64,000 nt of DNA. It comes from an uncultured Oscillospiraceae bacterium (lineage in GTDB: Bacteria > Bacillota > Clostridia > Oscillospirales > Acutalibacteraceae). Position numbers and translations under genes: made by a program. The notes below the pieces were generated by a model. That model was not told the DNA's origin. It made no database searches and saw nothing but the letters and a program-made list of their open reading frames with translations. The stretch's first letter is position 1, and every line of letters begins with the position of its first letter. The DNA lies in NCBI GenBank assembly GCA_958366985.1, contig CATXDC010000004.1:118187-182186 (forward strand). The letters are read 5' to 3'. Of the stretch, positions 1-10,158 are shown piece by piece.

Positions 1-175
1 GGACGTTATCGGAAACGGCAGCACAGCTGCACTAGTACTTGGTATAATCATCGGAATCATTGGTTTATCGGGTATGGGAATCAACTATCCCATTTATAAA
101 AAAATGCTTGCAAAAGGAAAGCAAAAGTATGCCTTTGAGATTATGGAATTAGCTAAAGAAATCAGCGGAGAATAA
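1..175 (+). CDS. 3' end of a membrane-protein gene; C-terminal peptide ...GIIIGIIGLSGMGINYPIYKKMLAKGKQKYAFEIMELAKEISGE*. The gene start lies upstream of the window.
   Basis: In-frame translation from position 2 to stop TAA at 173-175; hydrophobic segment then Lys-rich tail; no family assignment possible from the fragment. Confidence 0.35.
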   Translation, partial: DVIGNGSTAALVLGIIIGIIGLSGMGINYPIYKKMLAKGKQKYAFEIMELAKEISGE

Positions 176-179
176 AAGC

Positions 180-1115
180 ATGAAAAAAGCAAAGATGATT
201 CTGGATAGATTTTTCCATCCGCCAAAGTTGGTCATATGCATCGTTCCGGCAATATCTTTTGCCGCACTTATTTTCGTCTTTGCTTTAAACAAGGAAGATA
301 CTGATATAGCATATCCGATTTTCTTCTTATCAGCGTACTCTCTTATTATCCTGCTTGCCGCCTTGCCAACATTGGCAGGGCGGTTAAAGCAACTAAAATC
401 GATTTTATATAAGCGCAGCAGACTGATAAAGAAAATATCTTCTACCTCATTCGGTGCACAATATTTGAATGACCAATTGTTCAGAAGCAGCGTCAGTATT
501 TATCAGGGAATGACGGTCAATTTTCTATATATGCTTTTTCGATTTATAACAGCTGTCCAATACGCTTCCATATGGTTCTTTTCTATGGCAGTTTACTATA
601 TGGTGTTGTGTATTATGAGGGCATATCTGGCATTTGGATACCGCCGCCGAGAAGAAAAAGGGTTATCCTATGAACTCCGATGTTATCGCCGGATAGCAGG
701 TATGCTTTTTATATTAAACATCCCAATGGGCGGCATGATTATCCTTATGGTGAGAACAAATTCCGGATTTACTTATCCGGGATATTTGATTTATCTTTCT
801 GCTCTATACACATTTTATATAATGACTTTATCCATAGTAAACCTTGTTAAGTTCCGAAAAATGGACAGTCCTATCCTATCGGCTGCCAAAGTATTGAATT
901 TTGTATCCGCTATGATGTCCGTTCTCGGTTTGCAGACGGCAATGATAGCACGTTTTTCTTCTGAAGGAGAGGAATTTCGAATAATGATGAACGCCATTAC
1001 CGGCGGAGCCGTATTCTTTATCGTTATGGTAACAGTTGCTGTAATGGTAGTTCAGTCATCAAAAATCAAAAAGAAGGTGGAACTCAATGAAAAAATCCGA
1101 AAGCAAATACTTTAA
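180..1115 (+). CDS. polytopic integral membrane protein of unknown function (about 8 predicted TM helices)
   Basis: 311-aa ORF with repeated hydrophobic stretches; no recognisable catalytic motif; apparently co-oriented and overlapping with the downstream TetR gene. Confidence 0.5.
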   Translation: MKKAKMILDRFFHPPKLVICIVPAISFAALIFVFALNKEDTDIAYPIFFLSAYSLIILLAALPTLAGRLKQLKSILYKRSRLIKKISSTSFGAQYLNDQLFRSSVSIYQGMTVNFLYMLFRFITAVQYASIWFFSMAVYYMVLCIMRAYLAFGYRRREEKGLSYELRCYRRIAGMLFILNIPMGGMIILMVRTNSGFTYPGYLIYLSALYTFYIMTLSIVNLVKFRKMDSPILSAAKVLNFVSAMMSVLGLQTAMIARFSSEGEEFRIMMNAITGGAVFFIVMVTVAVMVVQSSKIKKKVELNEKIRKQIL

Positions 1116-1692
1116 CACTGCTATGCGAATGGATCAGGCTTTTCTGGAACTGCTGGAAAAGAAAGACATTGAATATATCACAGTAAAAGAAATCTGTGAA
1201 GCAGCAGGTGTCAATCGTTCCACCTTCTATCTGCACTATGAAACCATCGGAGATTTGCTTACAGAAAGCATACAGTACATGAATGAGCAATTTCTGGAAC
1301 ATATGAAACTGCGTGCTGAGGTTTTTGTTTCAAGAATCCGAGAATGCCCTTTAGATGAATTATATCTGGTTACACCGGAATATCTGACACCATACCTTGA
1401 GTATATTGCACGGAATAAACGTCTGTTCCGAACAGCATTAAAAAATTCCGGCTCTCTCGGACTGGATAAGACTTATAGTCGGATGATGAAACATGTTTTT
1501 ATTCCGATTTTGGAACGCTTTCAAATTGCAGAACAGGATCGGCAATATATGGTGGCGTTTTATATTCACGGTCTTATGGCCATAATCTCGGAATGGCTGA
1601 AAAATGACTGTGCAGATTCTATCAGCCACGTTAGTGCCGTTATGGAACAATGTGTTATGGGTGGACGTGGAAAAAAGGAGGAAGCCAAATGA
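1087..1692 (+). CDS. TetR/AcrR family transcriptional regulator
   Basis: N-terminal HTH of TetR type (ITVKEICEAAGVNRSTFYLHY); about 200 aa all-helical; GGTGG RBS 8 nt upstream of ATG 1087. Confidence 0.75.
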   Translation: MKKSESKYFNTAMRMDQAFLELLEKKDIEYITVKEICEAAGVNRSTFYLHYETIGDLLTESIQYMNEQFLEHMKLRAEVFVSRIRECPLDELYLVTPEYLTPYLEYIARNKRLFRTALKNSGSLGLDKTYSRMMKHVFIPILERFQIAEQDRQYMVAFYIHGLMAIISEWLKNDCADSISHVSAVMEQCVMGGRGKKEEAK

Positions 1693-2729
1693 AGGCTGGA
1701 ATTTATTTAGGAAAAGAAGCAGTTGAAATCAAGGAACTGGATTTACCCGAAGTGGGTGATGATGATGTTTTGATACAGAACATCTATTCAAGTATTTGCG
1801 GAACAGATATGGCAGTGTTTACCCACGGTCCCAATACAGGTCACAGGATCGATGTGGGCGGAGAATTTGGGCATGAAACAGTCTCACGTGTAGTCAAAGT
1901 AGGAAAAAATGTTACAGAATTTGTGCCGGGAGAACGTGTCTATCCCTATCCCCGCTATGCGAAAAACGACACCAGACGTGCAGGGACAATCGGCGGTTTT
2001 TCGGAATATATTCTGATCCCGCAAGCTAAACGAAATCACTCACTCTATGCCGTTGATGAAGCCATTTCGGATCGTCTTGCAAGTCTGATAGAACCTTTTA
2101 CAGTCGGCTGCCGGGCAGCAAGACGAGGAATGATTCCGGCGGGAGAAAATAAATATATTTCCGGTCAAAATGCTGTGGTCTTTGGCTGTGGAACCATTGG
2201 AATTGCCGCTGCTGTTGCCTTTAAGCATTTTGGAATGGATAAAGTAATGATATGCGATCATTCTGATTTTCGATTAAATCTGGCGTCAGGTTTGGGGTTT
2301 AAAACCTGTAACACAGCAAAAGAAAGTTTTGAAGCTCATGCAAAATCTTACTTTGGGACTGCCTCATCCCTGAGCGGGAAAGTTCCCGATATCGACTGCT
2401 GGCTGGATGCCGCCGGTGCGGAAAACATTTTGAGTGATTTTTTACATTTGGGTAAAATTGAAAGCCGTTTTGTTTCTGTTGCAGTTAATAACGCACCACG
2501 AACCATCAATCTGCTGAACATGACTTATGCCCAACAGAGTATTATCGGTTCAGGGGGTTATTTGCCGGAGGATGTTCAAGATGTACAGAAAATCATGACC
2601 TGTGGAAAGTGGGATTTGGAATCCATCATCACACATGAGTTTTCTCTGTGTGAACTTGAAAAAGCAATCCGAACAGCCGCCGATGTTAACCATGCAGGAA
2701 ATGTAGTTATCAAAATGGCAGAGAAATAA
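1689..2729 (+). CDS. zinc-dependent alcohol/polyol dehydrogenase (MDR superfamily, sorbitol/threonine dehydrogenase-like)
   Basis: Catalytic Zn ligands in CGTD and GHE contexts (SICGTDMAV, GHETVSRV); Rossmann GxGxxG (FGCGTIGIAAA). Start moved to ATG 1689 preceded by AGGAGG; the ORF track extends to 1650. Confidence 0.8.
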   Translation: MKAGIYLGKEAVEIKELDLPEVGDDDVLIQNIYSSICGTDMAVFTHGPNTGHRIDVGGEFGHETVSRVVKVGKNVTEFVPGERVYPYPRYAKNDTRRAGTIGGFSEYILIPQAKRNHSLYAVDEAISDRLASLIEPFTVGCRAARRGMIPAGENKYISGQNAVVFGCGTIGIAAAVAFKHFGMDKVMICDHSDFRLNLASGLGFKTCNTAKESFEAHAKSYFGTASSLSGKVPDIDCWLDAAGAENILSDFLHLGKIESRFVSVAVNNAPRTINLLNMTYAQQSIIGSGGYLPEDVQDVQKIMTCGKWDLESIITHEFSLCELEKAIRTAADVNHAGNVVIKMAEK

Positions 2730-2828
2730 CACATTTATGTGTCTTTGCTTACAAGTCACAAAACACGCACGTAAAATGAAAGTGACGAAAAAGCAGGCAA
2801 TAAAAATAAGAATCATAATATGTAAATT

Positions 2829-2900
2829 CCCGTTCAGTTAAGCACTGAACGGGAATTTTTGTATAATAAAAACCGGCGCTGCCGTAATGACAACGCCGGT
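2829..2900. terminator. two stem-loops between convergent adh(+) and pckG(-); bidirectional rho-independent terminators
   Basis: cccgttcagttaagcactgaacggg followed by ttttt (2829-2860) and ccggcgctgccgtaatgacaacgccgg (2873-2899). Confidence 0.6.
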
Positions 2901-2923
2901 ATGAATTTAAAGTGTATCCTTAA

Positions 2924-4711
2924 TTATTTAAGGTTAGCCTTAAGAGTTTCAAGCTCTGCCTTGAGTGTCTCGGGAAGCTTGTCGCCAAACTTTGCGTAGA
3001 ACTCTGCAATGCCGTCAGCCTCAGCTGCCCAGAGCTCCTTATCAACGTCGAGGATGCTCTCGAGAGACTCACGGGAAACCTCACCCTCAAGTCCGTCAAT
3101 GTTGATGTCCTCAGCCTTGGGAACAAAGCCGATAGCTGTCTCAACAGCGTCAACCTTGCCGTCGCAGCGGTCAAGAATCCAGTCAAGAACACGAAGGTTG
3201 TCGCCGAATCCGGGCCACATGAAGTTGCCTTCGTCATCCTTACGGAACCAGTTAACGTTGAAGATCTTGGGAGCCTTATCGGGATCGAGTGTCTTACCGA
3301 TATCGATCCAGTGCTGCCAGTAATCAGCCATGTTATATCCGCAGAAGGGAAGCATAGCCATGGGATCACGACGAACAACACCTACTGCACCTGCAGCTGC
3401 TGCTGTTGTCTCAGAAGCCATGATGGAACCGACAAATACGCCGTGGTTCCAGTCTCTTGACTGATAAACAAGGGGAGCAAGCTTTGCACGACGTCCGCCG
3501 AATACGAATGCTGAAATCGGCACACCGTTAAGGTTCTCGAACTCGGGGCTGATGCAGGGGCAGTTTACAGCGGGAGCTGTGAAACGGCTGTTGGGATGAG
3601 CACCCTTAACATCGGATGTCTTGCCGTTCCAGGGCTTGCCTGTCCAGTCCATAGCATTCTCGGGGGGATTCTTATCAAGGCCTTCCCACCATACTGTATT
3701 GTCATCAAGGTTGTGAACAACGTTTGTGAAGATTGTGCCCTTCTTAGTTGAAGCAAGAGCGTTGGGGTTTGACTTCTCGTTTGTTCCGGGAGCAACGCCG
3801 AAGAAGCCGTTTTCAGGGTTGATAGCGTAAAGTCTGCCGTCAACACCCTTTCTGATCCAGGAGATATCGTCGCCTACGCACCATACCTTGTAGCCCTTCT
3901 CCTTGTAAATCTCGGGGGGAATAAGCATAGCAAGGTTTGTCTTACCGCAAGCTGAGGGGAATGCTGCGCAGATGTACTTTGTCTCACCGTCGGGCTTCTC
4001 AACGCCGAGGATGAGCATATGCTCTGCCATCCAGCCCTCGTTCTTACCAAGGTAAGAAGCGATTCTAAGTGCGAAGCACTTTTTACCGAGAAGAACGTTT
4101 CCGCCGTAACCAGAGTTAACAGAGATGATTGTGTTATCCTGGGGGAACTGGCAGATGTATCTCTTCTCTTCATCTATCTGACATTTTGCGTGGAAACCAC
4201 GAACCCAGTCATTGCTGTCGCCGAGAACATCGAGAACAGCCTTGCCAACTCTTGTCATGATAGCCATGTTGAGTACAACATATATAGAGTCTGTAAGCTC
4301 AACGCCGATCTTTGCAAGAGGTGAGCCGACAGGACCCATTGAATAGGGGATTACATACATTGTTCTGCCTACATAGCTGTCCTTTGCGATTTCGTCAAGC
4401 ATCTTGTATGCCTCATCGGGAGCCATCCAGTTATTTGTGGGGCCGGCCTCCTCCTGTGTGGGAGTGCATATAAGAGTACGGTTCTCAACACGTGCAACGT
4501 CGTTAACCGCTGTACGGTGAAGATAACAATCGGGGAGCTTCTCCTGATTGAGTTTGATAAGCTCGCCTGTTGAGCAAGCCTCTGCACGAAGCTGCTCGAT
4601 CTGCTCTTTGGAACCGTCGATCCAAACAACCTTTTCGGGCTTTACGAGAGCTTTTCTGTCTTCAATCCAGCTGAGGATGCTGGGATTTGTTGTAAGATTA
4701 GCCATAACCAC
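2924..4711 (-). CDS. pckG: phosphoenolpyruvate carboxykinase (GTP)
   Basis: 595-aa protein with GTP-PEPCK hallmarks (kinase-1 loop ...FPSACGKTN..., PEP/oxaloacetate-binding region, C-terminal nucleotide-binding fold); strongly biased codon usage. Confidence 0.9.
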   Translation of the reverse strand: MVMANLTTNPSILSWIEDRKALVKPEKVVWIDGSKEQIEQLRAEACSTGELIKLNQEKLPDCYLHRTAVNDVARVENRTLICTPTQEEAGPTNNWMAPDEAYKMLDEIAKDSYVGRTMYVIPYSMGPVGSPLAKIGVELTDSIYVVLNMAIMTRVGKAVLDVLGDSNDWVRGFHAKCQIDEEKRYICQFPQDNTIISVNSGYGGNVLLGKKCFALRIASYLGKNEGWMAEHMLILGVEKPDGETKYICAAFPSACGKTNLAMLIPPEIYKEKGYKVWCVGDDISWIRKGVDGRLYAINPENGFFGVAPGTNEKSNPNALASTKKGTIFTNVVHNLDDNTVWWEGLDKNPPENAMDWTGKPWNGKTSDVKGAHPNSRFTAPAVNCPCISPEFENLNGVPISAFVFGGRRAKLAPLVYQSRDWNHGVFVGSIMASETTAAAAGAVGVVRRDPMAMLPFCGYNMADYWQHWIDIGKTLDPDKAPKIFNVNWFRKDDEGNFMWPGFGDNLRVLDWILDRCDGKVDAVETAIGFVPKAEDINIDGLEGEVSRESLESILDVDKELWAAEADGIAEFYAKFGDKLPETLKAELETLKANLK

Positions 4712-4780
4712 TAATCCCCTTTCTTAAAAATCTATACTGACGTTTAAAAGAGCTTTGCTCAATTTAACGCATTTGTTGTT

Positions 4781-4809
4781 ATTATACCCTCATATGGTAA
4801 AACAATCAA
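4781..4809 (-). promoter_or_regulatory. sigma-A type promoter for pckG (TTGATT-17-TATAAT on the minus strand)
   Basis: Reverse complement reads ttgattgttttaccatatgagggtataat about 70 nt upstream of the pckG ATG. Confidence 0.5.
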
Positions 4810-4900
4810 TTGCTAAAATGTTAATTCTTTGTCAAAATTTTTGCATTATTCGGTCAAAATGAATAAATAGGAAGAAAAACTTGCAAAAATCATCCATTTT

Positions 4901-5917
4901 TCAGCAATTAAGGGTGTCAATTGCCATTGTTGCGAATGCATTAAGGTTTAAATCCGCAATATTACCCTTTTTAAATTCATAAAATCCCTGTGAACCTATC
5001 ATTGCCGCATTGTCGCCGCAATATTTCTTATCGGGCAAATAAAGCTCAATATTATGTTCCTTGCAGGCTTTCTCCATTTTTTCACGGAGCATGGAGTTTG
5101 CGCTTACTCCTCCTGCAAGAGCTATCTTTTTATATCCGTATTCTTCGGCGGCTTTCATGGTGTGCTCACAGAGAAGTCCCGTAACGGCATTCATAAAGGA
5201 TGCGCCGATATTTTTAACGTCGGGCTCCTCGCCTTTCTGCTTCATGTTGTGGAGAAGATTTATAACTGAGGTCTTAAGTCCCGAAAAGCTGAAATCATAG
5301 ACACTGCCGTCAACTTTCGGCTTCGGAAAACGATAGGCGTTTACATCTCCGCCCTGACAGAGTTTATCGAGATTGAGTCCTCCCGGATAGGGAATACCCA
5401 TTGATCTTGCGGCTTTATCGAGAGTTTCTCCTGCCGCATCGTCACGGGTTTTGCCTATTACGGAAAACTCGGTATAATCCCTCACTTCCACAATATGGCT
5501 GTGACCGCCTGAAACCACAAGGGAAAGAAAGGGCGGCTCGAGTTCCGGGAAAGTGAGATAGTTTGAAGCTATATGTCCCCTTAAATGGTGGACAGGCACA
5601 AGAGGAATACCGGAAGAAACCGAAAGTCCTTTTGCAAAATTAACGCCTACAAGAAGAGCTCCGATAAGTCCCGGCGCATATGTAACGGCTATGGCATCTA
5701 TATCGGAAAGAGTACATTCTGCATCGCTGAGAGCTTTTGAAACTACTCCTGAAATCGCCTCGGTATGACGTCTTGAAGCTATTTCCGGCACAACGCCGCC
5801 GTATATTTTATGCTCCTCTACCTGGGAGGCAACTACATTTGAAAGAACCTTTCTGCCGTCCTCCACAACAGCTGCTGCTGTTTCGTCGCAGGAGCTTTCA
5901 ATAGCAAGTATTTTCAT
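4901..5917 (-). CDS. tsaD: tRNA N6-adenosine threonylcarbamoyltransferase
   Basis: Kae1/Gcp/TsaD family N-terminus MKILAIESSCDETAAAVV and conserved HxxxH metal site (VHHLRGH). Confidence 0.9.
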   Translation of the reverse strand: MKILAIESSCDETAAAVVEDGRKVLSNVVASQVEEHKIYGGVVPEIASRRHTEAISGVVSKALSDAECTLSDIDAIAVTYAPGLIGALLVGVNFAKGLSVSSGIPLVPVHHLRGHIASNYLTFPELEPPFLSLVVSGGHSHIVEVRDYTEFSVIGKTRDDAAGETLDKAARSMGIPYPGGLNLDKLCQGGDVNAYRFPKPKVDGSVYDFSFSGLKTSVINLLHNMKQKGEEPDVKNIGASFMNAVTGLLCEHTMKAAEEYGYKKIALAGGVSANSMLREKMEKACKEHNIELYLPDKKYCGDNAAMIGSQGFYEFKKGNIADLNLNAFATMAIDTLNC

Positions 5918-6369
5918 ATATTATCACCTGTTTTAAAATTTCTCGTCATTATAATAGCGTCCTCGCAGGGGTTTGTATAGAAGTTTTTCCGCTCACCCAC
6001 AGGGACAAACAAAAATTTCTCATAAAGAGAAATAGCAGCTATATTGGATTTTCGCACCTCAAGGGAGATAAATTCCCACCTATTTTCTTCGCACAGGGAG
6101 ATAAGCTTTTTTAAAAGCATGGATGCAGCGCCCATTCTGCGAAACTTCGGCATTACGGCAATATTTGCAATATAACATTCGCCGCACACCTCATGCATAC
6201 CGCAGTATCCTGCAAACTCTCCGTCAAAACTCAGTGTAAAAAAATGCGCTGTGGGATTACTGAGCTCTGCCCTTATTCCCTCTTCGCTCCAGGGAGATGA
6301 AAAGCACGTCCTTTCACAAAGGGCTATATCCTTTACGCTCTGTTCAGTCATCGGCAGAATTTCAGTCAT
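5914..6369 (-). CDS. rimI: ribosomal-protein-alanine N-acetyltransferase (GNAT)
   Basis: GNAT acetyl-CoA motif (RRMGAASMLL); 4-nt overlap with tsaD as in the conserved tsaB-rimI-tsaD arrangement. Confidence 0.75.
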   Translation of the reverse strand: MTEILPMTEQSVKDIALCERTCFSSPWSEEGIRAELSNPTAHFFTLSFDGEFAGYCGMHEVCGECYIANIAVMPKFRRMGAASMLLKKLISLCEENRWEFISLEVRKSNIAAISLYEKFLFVPVGERKNFYTNPCEDAIIMTRNFKTGDNI

Positions 6370-6805
6370 TTTCTTTCTCCATGGCTCTTATTTCATTTAC
6401 AAGATCCTGAAATCCGTCGGTAATTTTATCGACGCACTTTCTGTAAGCCCATATATCCCCGCCGTAGGGGTCGCTTACTCCTCCGCTGAGTACTGTGGTC
6501 TTGGCATCGGGAATAGCTCTTTTTATTGCCTGTTCATGTTCAGGAGTCATGCATACAAATAAATCTGTAAGCTCCGCAAGAGGCATACTGAGCTGTCTTG
6601 AACAGTGAGAGGAAATGTCGGTTCCCATTTCCTTTGCAGCTCTTACTGCGTTTTCACTGGGAGCATCTCCCGGAAAAGCGGCAAGACCTGCGCTTTCGCA
6701 TCTTATGCCTTCAATTTTCCATCTTCTTATTAAATCCGCAAACAGCCCCTCAGCCATTGGACTGCGGCATGTATTGCCCGTACAGACAAAAAGTACATTT
6801 ATCAT
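6362..6805 (-). CDS. low-molecular-weight protein-tyrosine phosphatase (ArsC/LMW-PTP fold)
   Basis: P-loop CX5R at the N-terminus (VLFVCTGNTCRSPMAEG) and a C-terminal DP motif (SDPYGG). Confidence 0.8.
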   Translation of the reverse strand: MINVLFVCTGNTCRSPMAEGLFADLIRRWKIEGIRCESAGLAAFPGDAPSENAVRAAKEMGTDISSHCSRQLSMPLAELTDLFVCMTPEHEQAIKRAIPDAKTTVLSGGVSDPYGGDIWAYRKCVDKITDGFQDLVNEIRAMEKEND

Positions 6806-6811
6806 AATTCA

Positions 6812-9406
6812 TCACCCTTTTGCATCATACCATGTTTTTCCTGTATTTACATCTGCCAAAAGCTTCACTTTCATTTTGCAGGCGTTTTCCATTTCCTCTC
6901 TAAGAATTTTCGCTGCTTTTTCTGCCTCGTTTTCGGGAGCTTCAACGATAAGTTCGTCGTGTACCTGCATTATAAGCTTGGATTCCATATTCTCAGCCTT
7001 TAATCGCTGACTTACTTTAATCATAGCTATTTTGATTATATCGGCGGCAGTTCCCTGAATTGGCATATTTCTTGCCACACGCTCACCGAAAGCACGAAGC
7101 ATTCCGTTTGAAGCGGTGATTTCAGGCAGATAACGTCTTCTTCCGAAAAGGGTCTGGGAATATCCAAGCTCCTTAGCGGTTTTGATTACTTCATCCATAT
7201 ACTTTGCAACACCTGAATAATGATTGAGATATCCCTTTATATACCTGTCCGCTTCGGCTCTTGAAACTCCGATATCCTTACCGAGAGAAAAAGCTCCTAT
7301 TCCGTAAACTATACCGAAATTAACAGCCTTTGCCCTGCTTCGCATTAAAGGCGTTACCATGTTAAGAGGCATATTGAAAACCTGAGAAGCCGTTATGGCG
7401 TGGATGTCATCGCCGTTATTGAAAGCCTCTATCATGTTTTCGTCATCCGCCATATGGGCAAGGACACGCAGTTCAATCTGTGAATAGTCAGCATCTACAA
7501 GGACACAGCCGTCCTTTGCACGGAAGAACTTCCTCAGCTCTCTGCCAAGCTCCTGACGGACGGGAATATTCTGAAGATTCGGCTCCGTGGATGAAATTCG
7601 TCCCGTTCTCGTCTCGGTCTGATTGAGGGTCGAATGTATTCTGCCGTCATCGCCGATGGCCTTTGCAAGTCCGTCACAATAGGTGGATTTAAGCTTTGCA
7701 AGAGTTCTGTATTCCAAAACGTCGGCAACTATGGGATAATCCGCTGCAAGTCCCTCAAGTACATCGGCGCTGGTCGAATACCCGCTCTTTGTTTTTTTCT
7801 TTGCTGGGATATGCATTTTCTCAAAAAGAGTGTCTCCAAGCTGCTTCGGTGAATTTATATTAAACTCAAATCCTGCCTGCGAATAGATTCTCGCTACAAT
7901 ATCCCCTATTCTGCCCTCAAGGGAAACTCCGAATTTTTTAAGTCCCTCGCCGTCAACCATAAAGCCTGTCCGCTCCATATCAGAAAGCACCAGGGCAAGG
8001 GGCAACTCGATTTTCTCCATAAGCTCTTCCTGACAGTTTTCGGAAAGCTTGCTTTTAAGAACCAGACAAAGAGGTTTTAAATAAAGTATATTCTTTACGG
8101 TGTCTGGTACATCTTCTTCCCCTGAAATCTCACAGGGAGAAACAGTATATTCTCCTGCCAGACGGACTATATCGTAATCGGAAGCCGAGGGATTGAGAAG
8201 ATATCCCCCAAGGCTTGTATCGAAAAACTCTCCTTTAAGTTCTCCGCCGAGATCCGAACAGAGAGAGGCAAAGTTCTTTATATCACAGGTATATTTTCTG
8301 ATTTTTTCGCTCTGTGAAATTCCCAGTATAAACGGATTAAAGCTTAAATCGAGAGGAGAGATTTTATAAACTTTTTCTCCGATTATAAAAGTGAAATCTT
8401 TAAAGCCGCTTTCGTCAAAATCAAAGGTGAAATATATCTCACCTGTTTTTTCTGCTTCTTCAAATGCTTCATCGGCTGAAAAACTCTTTTCATATTTTAA
8501 AGTTTCCTGCTTTATCTCCTCTGCCGCTTCTTCCTGTACATTTACTTCTACGCCGATTTTTTTGATAATGGAGAAAAGCTCAAGGGATGCAAGCATTGCT
8601 CCCGCTTTTGCCGTAGGCTCTTCTATAAGATATTTGCTCCAGTTTTTCTCCACAGGCGCTTCAAGATTTATAGTTCCTAAAGTGCGGCTCATGTAAGCTG
8701 AATCTTTACCTGCACTGAGCTTTTCACGCACACCTTTTTTAATATCAATTTCATCAAGGTGCTCATAGATGTAGTCGATATTCCCGAACCGCTGAACAAG
8801 ATCCTCGGCGGTTTTCTTGCCTATTCCGGCAACACCGGGAATATTGTCGGAACTGTCGCCCATAAGAGCTTTTATTTCGATCATGCCCTCAGGATCGACG
8901 CCGTATTCCTCTTTAAGTTTTGCTTTATCGTAAAGATTGGTTTCGGCTCTGCCCATTTTTGTTGAAGCAAGAAGCACGTTTACGTTATCACTGACAAGCT
9001 GTAAGCTGTCTCTGTCACCTGTTGCAATATAGCAAAAATCGCCATCACCGCCGCTGCGTGAAAGAGTGCCCAGTATGTCGTCCGCCTCATATCCGGCACA
9101 TTCAACGGTTTTATATCCAAGCTCTTTTAAAAGCTCCTTTAAAACAGGCATCTGTGAAGCAAGCTCCGGAGGCATCCCCTTTCTGCCGGCTTTATATTCT
9201 CCGTACATCTTATGTCTGAAGGTGGGCTCTTTAAGGTCAAAGGCAACTGCAACACTGTCGGGCTGACACTGTTCCCTGAGCTTTAAAAGTATATTTAAAA
9301 ATCCGTAAATTCCGTTAGTAAATCTGCCGTCCTTTGTAGTGAGCAGCTTTATGCCGTAAAAGGCTCTGTTTACTATACTGTTTCCGTCTATTACAAGCAG
9401 TTTCAT
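6812..9406 (-). CDS. polA: DNA polymerase I
   Basis: 864 aa. The N-terminal 5'-3' nuclease domain has GDSSDNIPGV. The C-terminal family-A polymerase motifs are RRxAKAVNFGIVYG (motif B) and VHDEL (motif C). The central 3'-5' exonuclease-like region lacks a clean DxE Exo I motif. Confidence 0.95.
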   Translation of the reverse strand: MKLLVIDGNSIVNRAFYGIKLLTTKDGRFTNGIYGFLNILLKLREQCQPDSVAVAFDLKEPTFRHKMYGEYKAGRKGMPPELASQMPVLKELLKELGYKTVECAGYEADDILGTLSRSGGDGDFCYIATGDRDSLQLVSDNVNVLLASTKMGRAETNLYDKAKLKEEYGVDPEGMIEIKALMGDSSDNIPGVAGIGKKTAEDLVQRFGNIDYIYEHLDEIDIKKGVREKLSAGKDSAYMSRTLGTINLEAPVEKNWSKYLIEEPTAKAGAMLASLELFSIIKKIGVEVNVQEEAAEEIKQETLKYEKSFSADEAFEEAEKTGEIYFTFDFDESGFKDFTFIIGEKVYKISPLDLSFNPFILGISQSEKIRKYTCDIKNFASLCSDLGGELKGEFFDTSLGGYLLNPSASDYDIVRLAGEYTVSPCEISGEEDVPDTVKNILYLKPLCLVLKSKLSENCQEELMEKIELPLALVLSDMERTGFMVDGEGLKKFGVSLEGRIGDIVARIYSQAGFEFNINSPKQLGDTLFEKMHIPAKKKTKSGYSTSADVLEGLAADYPIVADVLEYRTLAKLKSTYCDGLAKAIGDDGRIHSTLNQTETRTGRISSTEPNLQNIPVRQELGRELRKFFRAKDGCVLVDADYSQIELRVLAHMADDENMIEAFNNGDDIHAITASQVFNMPLNMVTPLMRSRAKAVNFGIVYGIGAFSLGKDIGVSRAEADRYIKGYLNHYSGVAKYMDEVIKTAKELGYSQTLFGRRRYLPEITASNGMLRAFGERVARNMPIQGTAADIIKIAMIKVSQRLKAENMESKLIMQVHDELIVEAPENEAEKAAKILREEMENACKMKVKLLADVNTGKTWYDAKG

Positions 9407-9582
9407 ATGCTTTTCTCCTTTATCTTAAAATGAGGTCTGAATTTATGTTTATAATACTTAACATTCATTATTTGCATTTCGTTTTATTGTACCACATTTT
9501 TTTCCTCATGTCAGCCGAAACAAAGGTTTATAAAACCTTACCACAATAATTTTCCCGATAAATAATGCATTTCTCGTCCCTT

Positions 9583-9591
9583 TATGCTAAA
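9583..9591 (+). promoter_or_regulatory. extended -10 promoter element (TGcTAAAAT) upstream of the first Nudix gene
   Basis: tgctaaaat about 35 nt upstream of ATG 9626 in an AT-rich divergent region shared with polA. Confidence 0.4.
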
Positions 9592-9625
9592 ATACTGTTG
9601 TTTTTTAAAAAAGGAGTGTTAAACC

Positions 9626-10087
9626 ATGGGCAACACGTTCAAAGCAGAACTTACTAACATGGTAATGGTTTACGATAAAAATACAAACCGTGCAGTTGTA
9701 CAGCAGAGGGTCAAATACTGGAAGGGCATAACCTTCCCCGGCGGTCATGTTGAAAAGGGAGAAAGCTTTATTGATTCCGCAAAAAGAGAAGTTTTAGAGG
9801 AAACAGGACTTAAAGTGGACAACCTGAAGCTTTGCGGTATTATAGACTGGTGCCACAGAAAAAGCGGCGAAAGGTACATGGTTATACTCTATAAAACCGA
9901 TACTTACAGCGGTGAGCTTATAGGTGAAACTGAGGAAGGCAAAGTTTTCTGGGCTGATATAGACGAAATACCCAACATGGAGCTTCCGCCTTATTTTGAT
10001 GATTACCTTAAAGTCTTTCTCAGCGATGACAAGCAAGAGTTTTTTGCCCCGTATGACAAGAAGAATACTGAAACAAAAATACTGTAA
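9626..10087 (+). CDS. Nudix hydrolase (MutT-like), copy 1 of 3 tandem paralogs
   Basis: Perfect Nudix box GX5EX7REUXEEXGU: GGHVEKGESFIDSAKREVLEETGLK. Confidence 0.85.
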   Translation: MGNTFKAELTNMVMVYDKNTNRAVVQQRVKYWKGITFPGGHVEKGESFIDSAKREVLEETGLKVDNLKLCGIIDWCHRKSGERYMVILYKTDTYSGELIGETEEGKVFWADIDEIPNMELPPYFDDYLKVFLSDDKQEFFAPYDKKNTETKIL

Positions 10088-10158
10088 GTAATCCTCACTT
10101 TTTAATAAAACGCACTACCACATTAATAAAAAATTCATCTTATTTGAGGTGTGAAAAT

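Noticed and set aside
2920-4629. Multiple 80-150-aa ORFs on both strands inside pckG (2920-3381, 3009-3323, 3565-3846, 3874-4173, 4019-4324, 4369-4629)
   Set aside because: They lie within a well-supported 595-aa GTP-PEPCK reading frame, have low-complexity Ser/Thr/Arg/Leu-rich translations typical of out-of-frame reading of a codon-biased gene, and lack an RBS.
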